DNA of 64,000 bases from Azolla caroliniana. Taxonomy: Eukaryota > Plantae > Polypodiophyta. The translations under genes were made by a program, and so were the position numbers. The notes under the pieces are model-generated. The model was not told where the DNA came from. It did not search any database and saw nothing but the letters and a program-made list of their open reading frames with translations. Shown piece by piece: positions 25,469 to 36,792 of the stretch (position 1 is its first letter; every line of letters starts with the position of its first letter). Where the stretch lies: positions 4,712,001 to 4,776,000 of the forward strand of contig JBHGNT010000018.1 in the NCBI GenBank assembly GCA_043228905.1, given 5' to 3'.

Positions 25469-26018
25469 GGTGCAGATGGAGACGGGGTTTGACTGTGTGG
25501 AAGAGTGAGGAAGAGTGATGAGGCAAGGGCGAGATAGAGGAGGAACAACAGGAAGGGGAAGCTCGGCAGAGGGGCTATGAGAGCGAAAGAGGGCTTGAGA
25601 GCAAGAGCGTTTAGAGCGATGAGAGTGAGAAGGGGCTTCTGAGCTTGAGAGCGAAGGAGGTTGGGAGCGATAATGAACTTCTGTGTATGTGCTGCGTTTT
25701 GGAAACGGTTTTAGTAACTTACTCCTAGGGTTTTGTGCCCGAAGCGAATCCTGAAGATTCTGAGTCGTGGGTGCCATAATAAGTGACTAGCGCCACGTGT
25801 CTTGAAGGTGAGTGGGGTGCTTCGAGTGCTTTGCATGTGCTTAAATAGGTACTAAATGAGAGGTGGCTAGGGGTGCTCCTAAATTGTGGGTGCCTAGGTG
25901 GGTGGTGTAGGTGTAACTAATTGGCGGCTAAACTATGGTTAATCCTACCTAATTTATTAATTTCAAAAAGGTGGGTGAGTCCTTATTAAGGGGGACACGT
26001 GGCCTCCTTCGTGGTGGT

Positions 26019-29000
26019 CTACTGAAACTCGTTTGTGCCGTGTGGCTCGGTAAACGGGTTGGGTGGTGTAGTGCCTCGATATGGTCGAAGTCGGAAACCA
26101 TTGGCCCAACTTTTGACAGTGTTGCCGGTGAGTGTGCCGAGCTGGAACGTCCCGTTGAACTCGTCGATAATCCAGAATGGACCGGTCCACCAAAATCTTA
26201 ATTTTCCCGGCATTGACCCGAGTCGTGTTTGAAAAAGAAGAACCGGTTTGCCGATGGTGAGCTCCTTCTCTAGCCCGTTTCGATGTCGATCCACGAAAGC
26301 CTTGCGTTGTCGTTGGCGTAGTTCGAGCTGAGCCATACTCTCTATCCTGTCTTCGCCGAGTTCGAGGAGTTGTTCCAGTTGGTATTGCTCGGATTGGGCC
26401 TCGGGGAGCCGTGCTTTGACTTGAACTCGGAGGCTCGGGACTTGGAACTCGACGGGCATTACGGCTTCTAACCCGAACGCCATTCGAAAGGGGGTTGATT
26501 CGATGCTTGTTTTGAAAGTCGTACGATACGCCCACAACGCGCTCTGGAGTTTGTCATCCCAATCGGTCCTGTTTTCATTGACAATCTTCTTCAGTATGGT
26601 TCGGAGGATTTTATTGGTCGATTCCGCCAAGCCGTTCGCCTGCGGGTAGTATGGTGTGCTTTTCTTGTGCACCACCGCGTAGTGGTGTGTAAGCTCACGT
26701 GTTATATGATTGATGAAGTGCCCACCTTGGTCACTAACGAGCTCGATTGGGCATCCGTAACGGCACCAAAGATGCTCGTACACGAATTTAGCCGTGGATG
26801 CCGCCGTGTTGTCTTGGAGTGCTTAGCCTCGACCCATTTGGTGCAGTAGTCCGTGGCAACGATAATATACTTATTCCCTGTACGGGCCGCGGGTGGTTTG
26901 AAAGGGCCTACAAAATCCAAACCCCATTTTTGAAATGGGTCCAACGGAAGAATCGACTGGTGTGGCATGCGTGATTGTTCCATTGGTTGCCCCAATCGTT
27001 GGCACAAATCGCACTGCCGACAAAACTCGTGAGCGTCTCTCTTCGTTGTCGGCCACCACAATCCGCTTTGCCAAACTTTCCTTGCCGTGGAATCCCCGGC
27101 ATAGTGCCCCCCAGCTACTCCCTGGTGGGCCTCTTGAAGAACGGCGTTCTTCTCGAATTGCCGAATCGCTCGGCGCCATATGCCGTCCGAGCCTTTGTGG
27201 TAGAGAATGTTCGAGACAAGGCAAAAATTCCGGCTATGCACTGCTAGGCGTTTTCTCGTGTCAAGGGGCATATGCTCGGGAGGAAAACCGGTAGTGAGAA
27301 AATGGGTCATCTCCGTGATCCATTCATCTTCGTTCTCGTCTGGCATCGTGGTCAGGTTAAATAGGTTGGCATCGGTAGCTCTTCGTACGTTGTTTTCGCC
27401 GGTTCCCCTGACTCAAGACGGCTCAAGTAGTCGGCGATGGCGTGTTGTACCCCGGGTCGATGCTGAATCTGGAAATCAAACTCTTGGAGTAGGAGCATCC
27501 ACCGAGCCAACCGTCCGGTGAGGGCTTGTTTATTGACCAAATAAAGAAGGGCCGAGTGATCCACGTGAAAGGTAAACTTCCGGCCCAAGAGGTAATGCCG
27601 AAATTTATTGATGCTATAAATCATACCGAGGGCCTCCCGCTCGGTGGTGGAGTAATTCTTTTCCGCGTTCGAGAGCCGTCGGCTGGCGTAGTACACAGGC
27701 CTATACCAATTCGGGGGTGTGCATTGCATCAGGGCACTTCCGATGGCAATGTCCGAAGCATCTACGAAGACATGAAACGGTTCGGACCAAACCGGAGGCT
27801 GGACCACCAGGGCATGTGAGAGCATTAGTTTCAGGGTCTGATAGGTTGTGTCCTCGATTGACGCCCATTGGAAGGGAAGGCGATGGACTACCGCGTGTAA
27901 AGGTGTCGCGAAATCGGCCAGGTGTCGTATCATTCGGCTGTGCCACCAAATCTGTCCCAAAAATCAGCTTAGTGCCTTAGCGTTCGAGGGTGCGGAGGCG
28001 GTCAGGATGGCCTTTACTTTATCCGGGTCCATAGTGATGCCTTCTTGACTGACAATGTGGCCGAGAAGGTTGCCGCTGGTGACTAAGAACGCGCATTTCG
28101 CCGGATTTAAGCTCAATCGAGCTTGGCGACATCGGTCCAGGCAGAGTCGTAACTGGGTCATGTGTTCCCGTCGATGGCCATACATGGCGAAATCGTCGAG
28201 AAAGACTTGCATGAACGCCGGGATGTACTCATGAAAGATTTCGGTGATGATGCGCTGGAACGTAGCCGGCGCCTTTTTTAGACCGAACATCATTACTTCT
28301 ACCACAAAAACACCCCATTCCGTGACGAAAGCGGTTTTCTCTTGATCCTCCGGGTGCATTCTTATCTGGTTATAGCCGCTGAACCCGTCGAGGAAACTGT
28401 AGCATTCGTGTCCGGCTACCGTGTCGAGGACGCTGTCCGTGAAGGGGAGAGGGAAACCGTCGGTGATTGTTGCCGCGTTAAGCTTCCGATAGTCGACGCA
28501 GACACGGATTTTTCCGTTCTTCTTTGGGACTACTACGATCGGGCTCAACCACGTGGCCCGTTTAACAGGGCGAATGAAGCCCACTCGGAGTAGTTTGTCG
28601 ATTTCCTCTTTGACTTTAGCGGCGTAGTTGGGGTTCATCCTGTAGAGCCTCTGCTGAACCGGCCGAGTGTCGGGTAAGAGGTGGATTTGATGTTGGTAGT
28701 ATTGAGGATCCAGCCCCTTCATATCGGTGTAAGACCAAGCGAAAACATCCTGGTAGTCGGTGAGCAATCGTACGAGGGATGCCCGTTCTCCGGTTGGTAG
28801 ATTATTGGCAATTTGTAACGTACGGGGATTCTCGTCCGAGCCGAGGTTTATTGTTTCCAGGGTTGATGCTTTGACTCGTTGTGAAATGGCGAGTTCGCGT
28901 TCGAAAGCATCCCGAGCATGGCGTAGCTCGGCAACTGTGGTTGGATCTGGTTCATCTTGGGGTGGTGATTCCTCCATGACTTCCTCGTCTTTAGGTGGCT

Positions 29001-31490
29001 CGATGGTTGGTATGGCATTGATTTCGAAGAGAGGGATGATCGTGGGATGATCATCTAGGAAGTCATCGACCTCCTCATCGGCCAAACCGTCGAGCATATG
29101 GACCGCGTATAACGGCGAAGCGTTGAGGACCGCGGGGACGCGTTCTTCCGTGATAATTCGGACCTTTTTCTTGCCTCGTCGGAACGAGATCATGTTGCGT
29201 TGCCATTGCTGCTTGATATTCGCTGTACGCAACCATGGTCTACCTAGTAACATTGGGTAGGCGCCTTGTGTCTCCAGTCTTAGCATGACGGCTGAGATTG
29301 TGAACATGTGGCCTCCGAGTGTGAAGTCGAGGTGGTAGATTAAACCAATGGGGCGAACGGAGTGGGTGTCGGCCATCCGAAGCCAAAAGGGGCACGGTTC
29401 AAATTGATTTAGGCCGAGGTTGTGACAAGTTGTTTCGCTAATAACGTTTACGCCAGATCCGCCGTTTATGATGCATTCGTGCAAGTCTTGTCCTTTAATG
29501 ATGATTTTCACGGCTGGGTTCTGAGAATCCATGAGTGGTGGACCTGTGCTTGGTTCGGTGAGGTGAACCGGTGGCGTTACGGGCTTAGTATTGGCCTGGA
29601 GTGCAGCTAGGGTGTCCCGAAATCTCGGCATGAGTGGTAACAGCTTATGTAGGGGCAGCGAGATGCGGGAGTTGGTAAGAGCATCCCATAGTTGGTCATC
29701 CTCCGACGACGTGCATGGTACCGAGGTTTGTGGTGCTCCACTGGGCCCGTCTCTCATGTCAGTTTGCATGCGCACGACATTATTTTTATTGGCTGTGTCG
29801 ATCCATTCTTTTGTTGCCTGACGGACTTCATCCTGGATTTGCCACTGTGTAGTCTGCGCTTTACTCCGGGTAGTGACGGTTTGAACATCGGCCATGATAC
29901 TGTTCACCGCGGGTGCCTTGCCATAGTCGGTTGTTGGACATTGCGTGGCGTAGTGGCCTGGTTGGTTACATTTAAAACACGTAATGTTGGCCGAGTTGCT
30001 GGTGTCCGCTCGGTCGGTGTGTGGAAGTTGTTGCTGTTGATTCCCAATCTCGTTTGGTGGTGGGTTGGTCCGAGGTGCGTTGGAGTTGCGCTGGTCATTT
30101 TGAGGAGCGTCCCGTCGGCGGTTGTCGTTATGTCTTCTATTGTTGTGTGAGTTGCGGTTGCCGTTTCGCCGATCAATGCGTGGGTACCGTTGGTCATACC
30201 GGTCATCACGATCGTCATCATATCGAGCATAATCGTCGTGCCGGTCATCGCGATAGTGATCACGGCGGTCATCACGTCGGTAGTCGTAGTCTCGGCGCCG
30301 TCGATCCGGGGATCGCGGTCGGTCATTATCTTGGTCTCGGTAGGCATATCGCTCGTCCCGCCGAGAGTATGTATTTCTTGGCTCGATCTGGCGGACCGGT
30401 GCTGCCGTTGTGCGGTTCAACATATTATATTCGCACTGCTCGACAGTGTGAGCTCGAGACTGACACATCAGACACTGTGGTCGGTGGGGACATTCGAGGG
30501 CCAAGTGCCCTGATCCTGAACACGCCGTGCATTGGAGAGCTTGGCGAAAGCGATTGTCCGCTTGGGGAAGAGCGTTTTGTAAGGATGTCATCGAGAAGGC
30601 CGCGTCGTGCTGGGTCCGATCGAGGGCGAGAACCCACGCTATGACTTGTTCGATAGTATGGTTGGCGAAATTTGTAAGTGCGAGAGTCGTTAGGAGAGGC
30701 TCTCGTAAACTGGACAGGAAAGTGTCTGGTATATGTTGTGCCGAGACATCATCGGCCACTTGTTTGTAGAGATCCTGGAATCGGATCGTGAACTGCGCGA
30801 CCGTTTCGTGCGGTTCTTGGCATATAGAGAAGAATTGCCGGAGCAATTCCCGTTTAGGCACCTCGCAATGAAAAAGTTCAAGGAACTTTGTGCGCACGAT
30901 TTGGAAAGTGGTGGCCTCTCCTATTTCGAGGTGAGAGTACCATCGTGCGGCTGGTCCATCGAGGGAGAGTGTGAACTCGGCAATCTTTGAGGCATCGATT
31001 TCGGCCGGCGTGAGGCGGTGCGTTGAGTGGTTGGCCTGCCACGTGGATATGAAGGCACGGATGTGTGACTCCGCGTCTGGTCCGTCGGTGTATCGTGGGT
31101 ATGGGTACGGCATGATGTCGTACTCTGGGTCTTTTGGTAGCATCGGGAAAGGGTTTAGTTCCGGTTGATTGACCTCCGGAGGGCTCGGCGGGGGTTTTGG
31201 TGGTGAATCAACTCGCGATCGAGTGTCCGGTGGCGAGGATTGCACTGGGGAAGCCTCCGATTGCTCGGGAAAGGATTGGTCAGTGATCGCCGAGTCGGAA
31301 GTTCCTTCGACTGGCTCAGGGCGTCGGGCAGGTGGTCGAGACCTCGTGGTGGGAGGGGGCGCCGTAACGGCAGCTGGTGGTTACCTTCAACGAAGTTCGC
31401 TGTGCACTCACGACTGTAATCGGGCGTGCCAAATTGTGTTACCCGTTCCTTTGGGTGAACACCTTCGATAGACTTGCGGCTATCGGTATC
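26019..31490 (-). pseudogene. gag-pol polyprotein of the Athila-like element (few frameshifts/stops)
   Basis: Three CCHC knuckles; protease IINGGSG (catalytic D replaced by N); RT FLDGFSGYNQI and VFLDDF; RNase H VDASD..EREAL..VDH; integrase [16 protein letters not shown] and QANGLAE. Confidence 0.92.
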
Positions 31491-34400
31491 CAAGGGCGTG
31501 GTACGTGAAGGCTCGTAACAGAGGCGTCGTGAGGGAGAAAATGATCAGAGATAAAACACTAGCGAGATCTTGATAGGCGTGGGCGGCGCTGAAATCATAA
31601 GTATGAGCCAAAGCACAGACACATGGAGCAAAATGGGCACAAATAAGATATATTACTGCAACACCAAAAGGATTACAGAACACGGCCTACGGCCGGTGAC
31701 CTTACAGGATTATCTAGTTACAATGGACTAAGCTAGTGCTTCCGGCTATATTTTCTGCTCCCACTCTGAGGTACTGGACCTCATTTAAATAACGTTTCCC
31801 CTAATACACAGTCGAGCCGTCGGTGGCCCATGATACTCAGACTCGGCGCTCGCTGGTGTTCTTTCCTACTCGGTTACACTACCGCTGTTTGCTAATTTCC
31901 TAATTCTATATTTTTGTCCTCTGGACAACATTATTGAACTATGCGTAGTTCGGTCTGCCCATAACGCGCAAGGTAGAAGCCGTGGCCAGTTCCCGACTTG
32001 TCCTCCGCATGCCCGCACCAACGCTTTTACGATCGACCCGTGCCCACGCTCCACCTTCCCATTAGCCTCCGGATTGTATGCCGTAGTGAGGGAGAGCTTA
32101 ACCCATAGTCATCCAAACAACTCTTCTTCTTCCTGCGCATCCAACTCTCCCTAGTCAGCCACGATCTTCCCTACGCATCCATACCGACATACCACCTCTT
32201 CGATTAGGAACCGGCACACAACTGCAGTCGTCTTGTTCGCCAATGCACGACCCTCCACCTGATTCGTCAAGTCTTCTCGCGCAAGCACCATGTACCGCAT
32301 CTGCCCTACCCCCATCGACATCGTCACTAAGTCCACTATCCACTTGAAATGGACAAACGATGGGTAGGTCGGGTGTAGCTTGTCTCGATGTCAAATCGCG
32401 CAGTGCATTTGGCAGCTCTTGCACGTTGTTACGAACTAGTACACGTCCCGGTACAGCCCTGGCCACCAATACTTCTCCTTTAGCTTTTCGAATGTGGCCC
32501 ATGTCCCGCGGTGTCTAGCCCAAGGAGTCTCGTGATACGCCGTCAGCAACGCCTCTTGCTCTTCCTTCCCCGCCACTACGCGGAGTGGAACGTCGCGTCT
32601 CTTTTTCGGGAGCTTCCATATGTCCCCGTCCCATAGGAAGAATCGGTACGACTTCTTCCGGATCTGGCCAGCCTCTTCCCTTGTCCATGCCGTGTCCGGC
32701 GCCATTGTTTTCAAGAACCTGCCGATCTGGAGCCACTCCCCGTCGTACTCCCCTTCGTTGAACTTGTTAAGTGCCGGAGTGCTCCCTGCCCTTGTCGTTA
32801 CGTAAGCCGACTTGAAGAAGTCTATGCCGACTTCTTCGTCCTCCGAAACCATGCTGTCCTCGTCGTCGAACCGTGCTCTAGAAAGCATGTCGGCCACGAC
32901 GTTGTCTTTACCGGAGATGTGCCAGATCTTCGGGTTCAGAGACTTAATGTACGCGATCCACCTGAGCATTGCCAGGTCCGGCGTCGCGCATCCGGAAACC
33001 ATACCAAGGATCGGTAGGCAGTCCGTCTCGATTATCACCTCCGTCTCGATCAAGTAGTCTTTATTGGCCTTGATTGCTGAAACACTTGGGCGTATACTCG
33101 CTGTTGCTCACTCAACACCTTTGCTCCGAACCGGATGGAGAACCTCATGCCGGTTTCGTCCTCCTGGTTGACCACCCATCCTATCCTGGTCAGGCTTGTG
33201 TCTACCGTAACGTAAATTGGGACGTCCTTGCCGTAAACTGCTTTTCGGAGTGCCGGTGCCGCAGTTAGCGCCCCATTCAGTCTACGAACCGACTCCGCAT
33301 GCTCCTCACCACACTCGAATTTACGCCCCTTCTTTAGCAACCCGTAGAGCGGGTAATGCGGAATCCAGATATGGTAGAATGCGCAAGTGCCTAGGAACCT
33401 CCGCACCTCCGTAACTGACTTGTATTCTTCCTTCATTACGGAGATGACCTCTACCTTCGCGGAAGACGGTTTCTGGCCATAAGCCCTGCACAAGTGCCCG
33501 ACCACTAGGATCTCCGGCTGCCCAAAAGCCGACTTCTCTCCGGAGAAGGTGAGCCGCGCATCCTCTAGCCTTTGCAACACCTTCTCGCAGTCGCCGATGT
33601 GGTCCTCAACGAATCTCCGGCAACCATCCGGCCCAACTGATTCATCCTTTCCTTCCACCGGGCACCCTTTTATCGGGATGTCATCCAAGAATGGCATGGT
33701 GATGTTCGGGATGCAATCCCTCAGCACCTTATTCATTGCATTCACCATGTGTTCCATCGAGTTGGTCCCTGCTTGCGGCAGGGTACACATCCGCACTAAG
33801 CCGAGAGGAGTTCGCATCGTCGTAATGTCCCTGCTCTCCACAACTAGTTGGAACTGATCGTACCCTGAGTACAGATCCCCGACCGAATAGATCGAACTTC
33901 CGGCGAAGGCCTCCGCGAACTCATCTATGGTCGGTCCGATACCTACGTTCCGGATGGTCACCTTGTTGACCGGCTGCAGGTCTTGAATAAAGCGCAACGT
34001 GTCATTCTTCATTGGCACGGTAAACCACCAATTCGAATATGGAGCACTCGATGGCTCGAGGATGCCCATCTCCACCTTCTGCTTCAACAACTCCATCAAT
34101 TTCGGGATGTGAGCTATGGGTACCGGAATCGGCTTGAGATTCCACGACACATGCGGTACCGTGAAGATCACCATTGGTTGCACGATCATCGGGTCTACGC
34201 ATCCGATCTCCCCCGGCGTGATTGCGAAGGCCCTCCCGTGCCTTCTGAGCATTCTTCGAAACCGGTCCTCCTCTGGCGGCAGTAGGAAGCTACCCTCACT
34301 GACTTTGAGCTCCCGTAGCGTTATGTCGGTGAACCGGTGTCCTATACCGGACGGATTCTATAAACTTGGGTCCGATGCAACCCCCTTTTTCCGCTCTCCG

Positions 34401-35966
34401 CTGCCCTCTGGCAAGGGAGCCGTGACTGGCCTCACCTTCCGGTCCACAGTCTTGTATTTTGTATCTATGCAGGCCGTCGATCCGACCTGACCCTTTCCCC
34501 GAAGTCGGCAATGACTTCGTATATCTCCACTGAGTTGACTGGAATCACTCGATCTTCAGTGAGGCCTTCATTGATCACCTTTCCCATTTCCCCTAAGGTG
34601 TCGTTGAAAGAGACCGCCTCCACAGCGCTGCTGATTTCTTTGTCGGGGCGGAGGACTCCGTACTCCTTGAAACGTTCCTTGGCCCTCTTCTTCTCCTAGC
34701 CATCGACGCCAACTATCGTACAACCTCCGTTGTCGGAGACCCAAAACTTCCTACCTATAGTACACTTGTGGGGTTTTGCTGGAGTGTCAGGACTATCACG
34801 ACCCCACGCCTTGATAACCCTCTCTAAAAATCCCCTCGGCTGTCGCCGTCGAGGGTCTCGCGGTTACGATCATGGTTCGGTCGCACTGTCAGAAATTGGA
34901 CGGAGTGTCACCCATCTTGGCTTTTCACTCGTGCGTACGCCGAACTATTATCCAACACCTTTGTTTCCATGCGTGTTGCTGTAATGAAATCTTGCTTCGA
35001 TAGCCGAAGTGCGTCATCGAGGAGCCGCCCCTCGAACTCTTCCCAGGTCCGGCATCCGGCCTGCACCTCGAGCACCTCTGCGTGAATGCCTGGTGTTGCC
35101 ACCTGAGGGAATCCGGCCAACCGGTTGTCTTCCGGAATGTCCCTCATCACCATCCATTCTCGGTAGGCCGCCAAATAGCTCGTGGTGTCCTTCCCACCGA
35201 ACCAGCCTATTGTGCCAACAATTGCTTCAATGGCCCTGTCGAGGGCGCCCGTGCCCTTGTGAGCACTTACTATTCGATCAACTGTTGCCACTATGGCTTC
35301 GGCGACCTCTGATCCTCTCATCTTCGACTCCTCTGCCGCCTTTTTCATGTCGGGTTCACCAAATTATGTCGTGTTGTTCCGCTTTCGCATAGGAAATAAG
35401 GCGGGACCGCGGGGGCCCTGAACCGAGGAGCAAGAGAGAGAAGGAGGTGGAGCGAGAGAAGTGCGCACGCGTAAGGCCGGTTAGGCCCGTTTGCAACTGA
35501 CAACACTTGCTAGCTAAATGAACCTCTAATGCATATCTGAACAAGATGCACACTCGCGTAAAAGAGAGACTCATAGAAACACAGAGAAAGGGAAACAAGA
35601 GATTCGATTCCAATAACAGAAAAGGTTACAGTGTTTGCAAGATTACAACCGGATAGCCGGCGATAGACCCAACCCAGATAATCACACACCCACGCGCACA
35701 CACAGAAGAGCCTTGCCGGAAAGCACACGGGCTTTCCTCGAAGCAGAGATCCGCTACATCCTGGTCACATCACTTTTTTTCTCCGTCCCTTCGGACAGAG
35801 ATCCGCTTCGATTTACTAGCCTATTATTATATTCTTCCTAGGATATACACATCACGCTAGCCTATTCCTAGTTATGTACAATGTGTTGGTTTGAGAACAC
35901 ACACGTAAGTGCCTTTTCACACGCCGAATTCCATGATTCCTCCTAAGGCTGGTTTTCTCCACGACA

Positions 35967-36792
35967 CCATCTTGACGTCCAGTTGCTCTACCTCAAGGTC
36001 CATGCTTGACACTATGCCCAATACCGTCCGGATGGATGTCATCTTTACTACTGGGGCAAAGATCTCATCGAAATCCACTCCTTCCTTCTGCTAAAAGCCC
36101 TTCACCATGATTCAGGCCTTATACCTCGGTGGATTTCCGGCATCTCCCGGTTTTAACTTGTACACCCACTTGTTTTGGAGTGCTTTCTTCCCTTTGGGCA
36201 ACTCCGTCAGTTCATATGTGTGGTTCTCATGCAAGGAATCCATCTCATCCTGCATGACACTCAACCACTTGCAGTTGTGGGTGTCTCTCTTTGCTTCTTC
36301 GAAGCTTTCCGGCTCCCCTTCATCGGTTAGCAACACATGCTCTGCATCCGGAAATCTCCGGGGGGCTCTTCTCTCTTGGAGAGGATATCTCCGTCCCTGG
36401 TTTTTGACTACTGGTTCCTTCGTTTGTTCCTCCTCCGAATTTGATTTGGGATCTTGTCCGGTTCCGATGTCTTCTTCTTCTTCTTCTTCTTCTTCTTCTT
36501 CTTCGGTGGGTTCGGTTTCTTGTCCATATCCAACTGGTTCGTCGAGTGTCATCTGGTTACCGGCTAGCGTCCGGTTTTCAACTGGGTAAGTCCTTGTGTC
36601 CTCAAGCCGGTTTTCAAATATAGCCCCAGTGGGCTCTCTAGAACATATTTACATATATGTCCCTTCATCTGGTGAGAGGGTCTCATCGGGCCTGCAACAT
36701 CCGGTTCTCACCAGGTCTTCCGTTGCCGGGTACTCATCATCTGGTTCACGCCGGGTACTCATATCCCATCCGGAGGGACCGAAATCCTAACA
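35967..36792 (-). mobile_element. Copia D, 5' part: first ~190 bp of LTR (36600-36792) fused to the INT-RT linker and RT N-terminus
   Basis: Minus-strand start TGTTAGGA at 36792. Motifs DEGEPESFEEA, MQDEMDSLHENHTYEL, KWVYKLK and EQLDVK. Confidence 0.85.

Larger units (their letters stand above)
22290..31930 (-). mobile_element. Non-chromovirus Ty3/Gypsy (Athila-like) element: 5' LTR ~31528-31930, gag-pol, large extra 3' ORF; 3' LTR missing
   Basis: Domain order is gag-PR-RT-RH-INT with no additional archaeal-type RNase H. It is inserted into the integrase of the Trp-PBS element at 31930 (minus-strand start TGTTGTCC). Confidence 0.88.
21130..35966 (-). mobile_element. Ty3/Gypsy element with tRNA-Trp PBS inserted into Copia D RT (LTRs 21130-~21583 and 35367-35966; gag/pol remnants 31931-35348), itself carrying nested insertions
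   Basis: Termini TGTCGTG/CACGACA with flanks CCGT/CCAT split the Copia motif DVK|TAFLHG. About 380 bp of LTR is shared (roughly 93% by eye). PBS at 35344-35361. RT motifs GDLYSGYDQ and PFLDDIPIKG; RNase H and integrase remnants. Confidence 0.85.

Noticed and set aside
29692-30644. Long plus-strand ORFs antisense to gag-pol
   Set aside because: These are shadow ORFs of GC-rich minus-strand coding sequence with no independent motifs.
31500-31530. PBS of the Athila-like element (GTTACGAGCC resembles a half-tRNA-Met primer site)
   Set aside because: The match is short and imperfect, and the LTR 3' boundary cannot be fixed without a second LTR.
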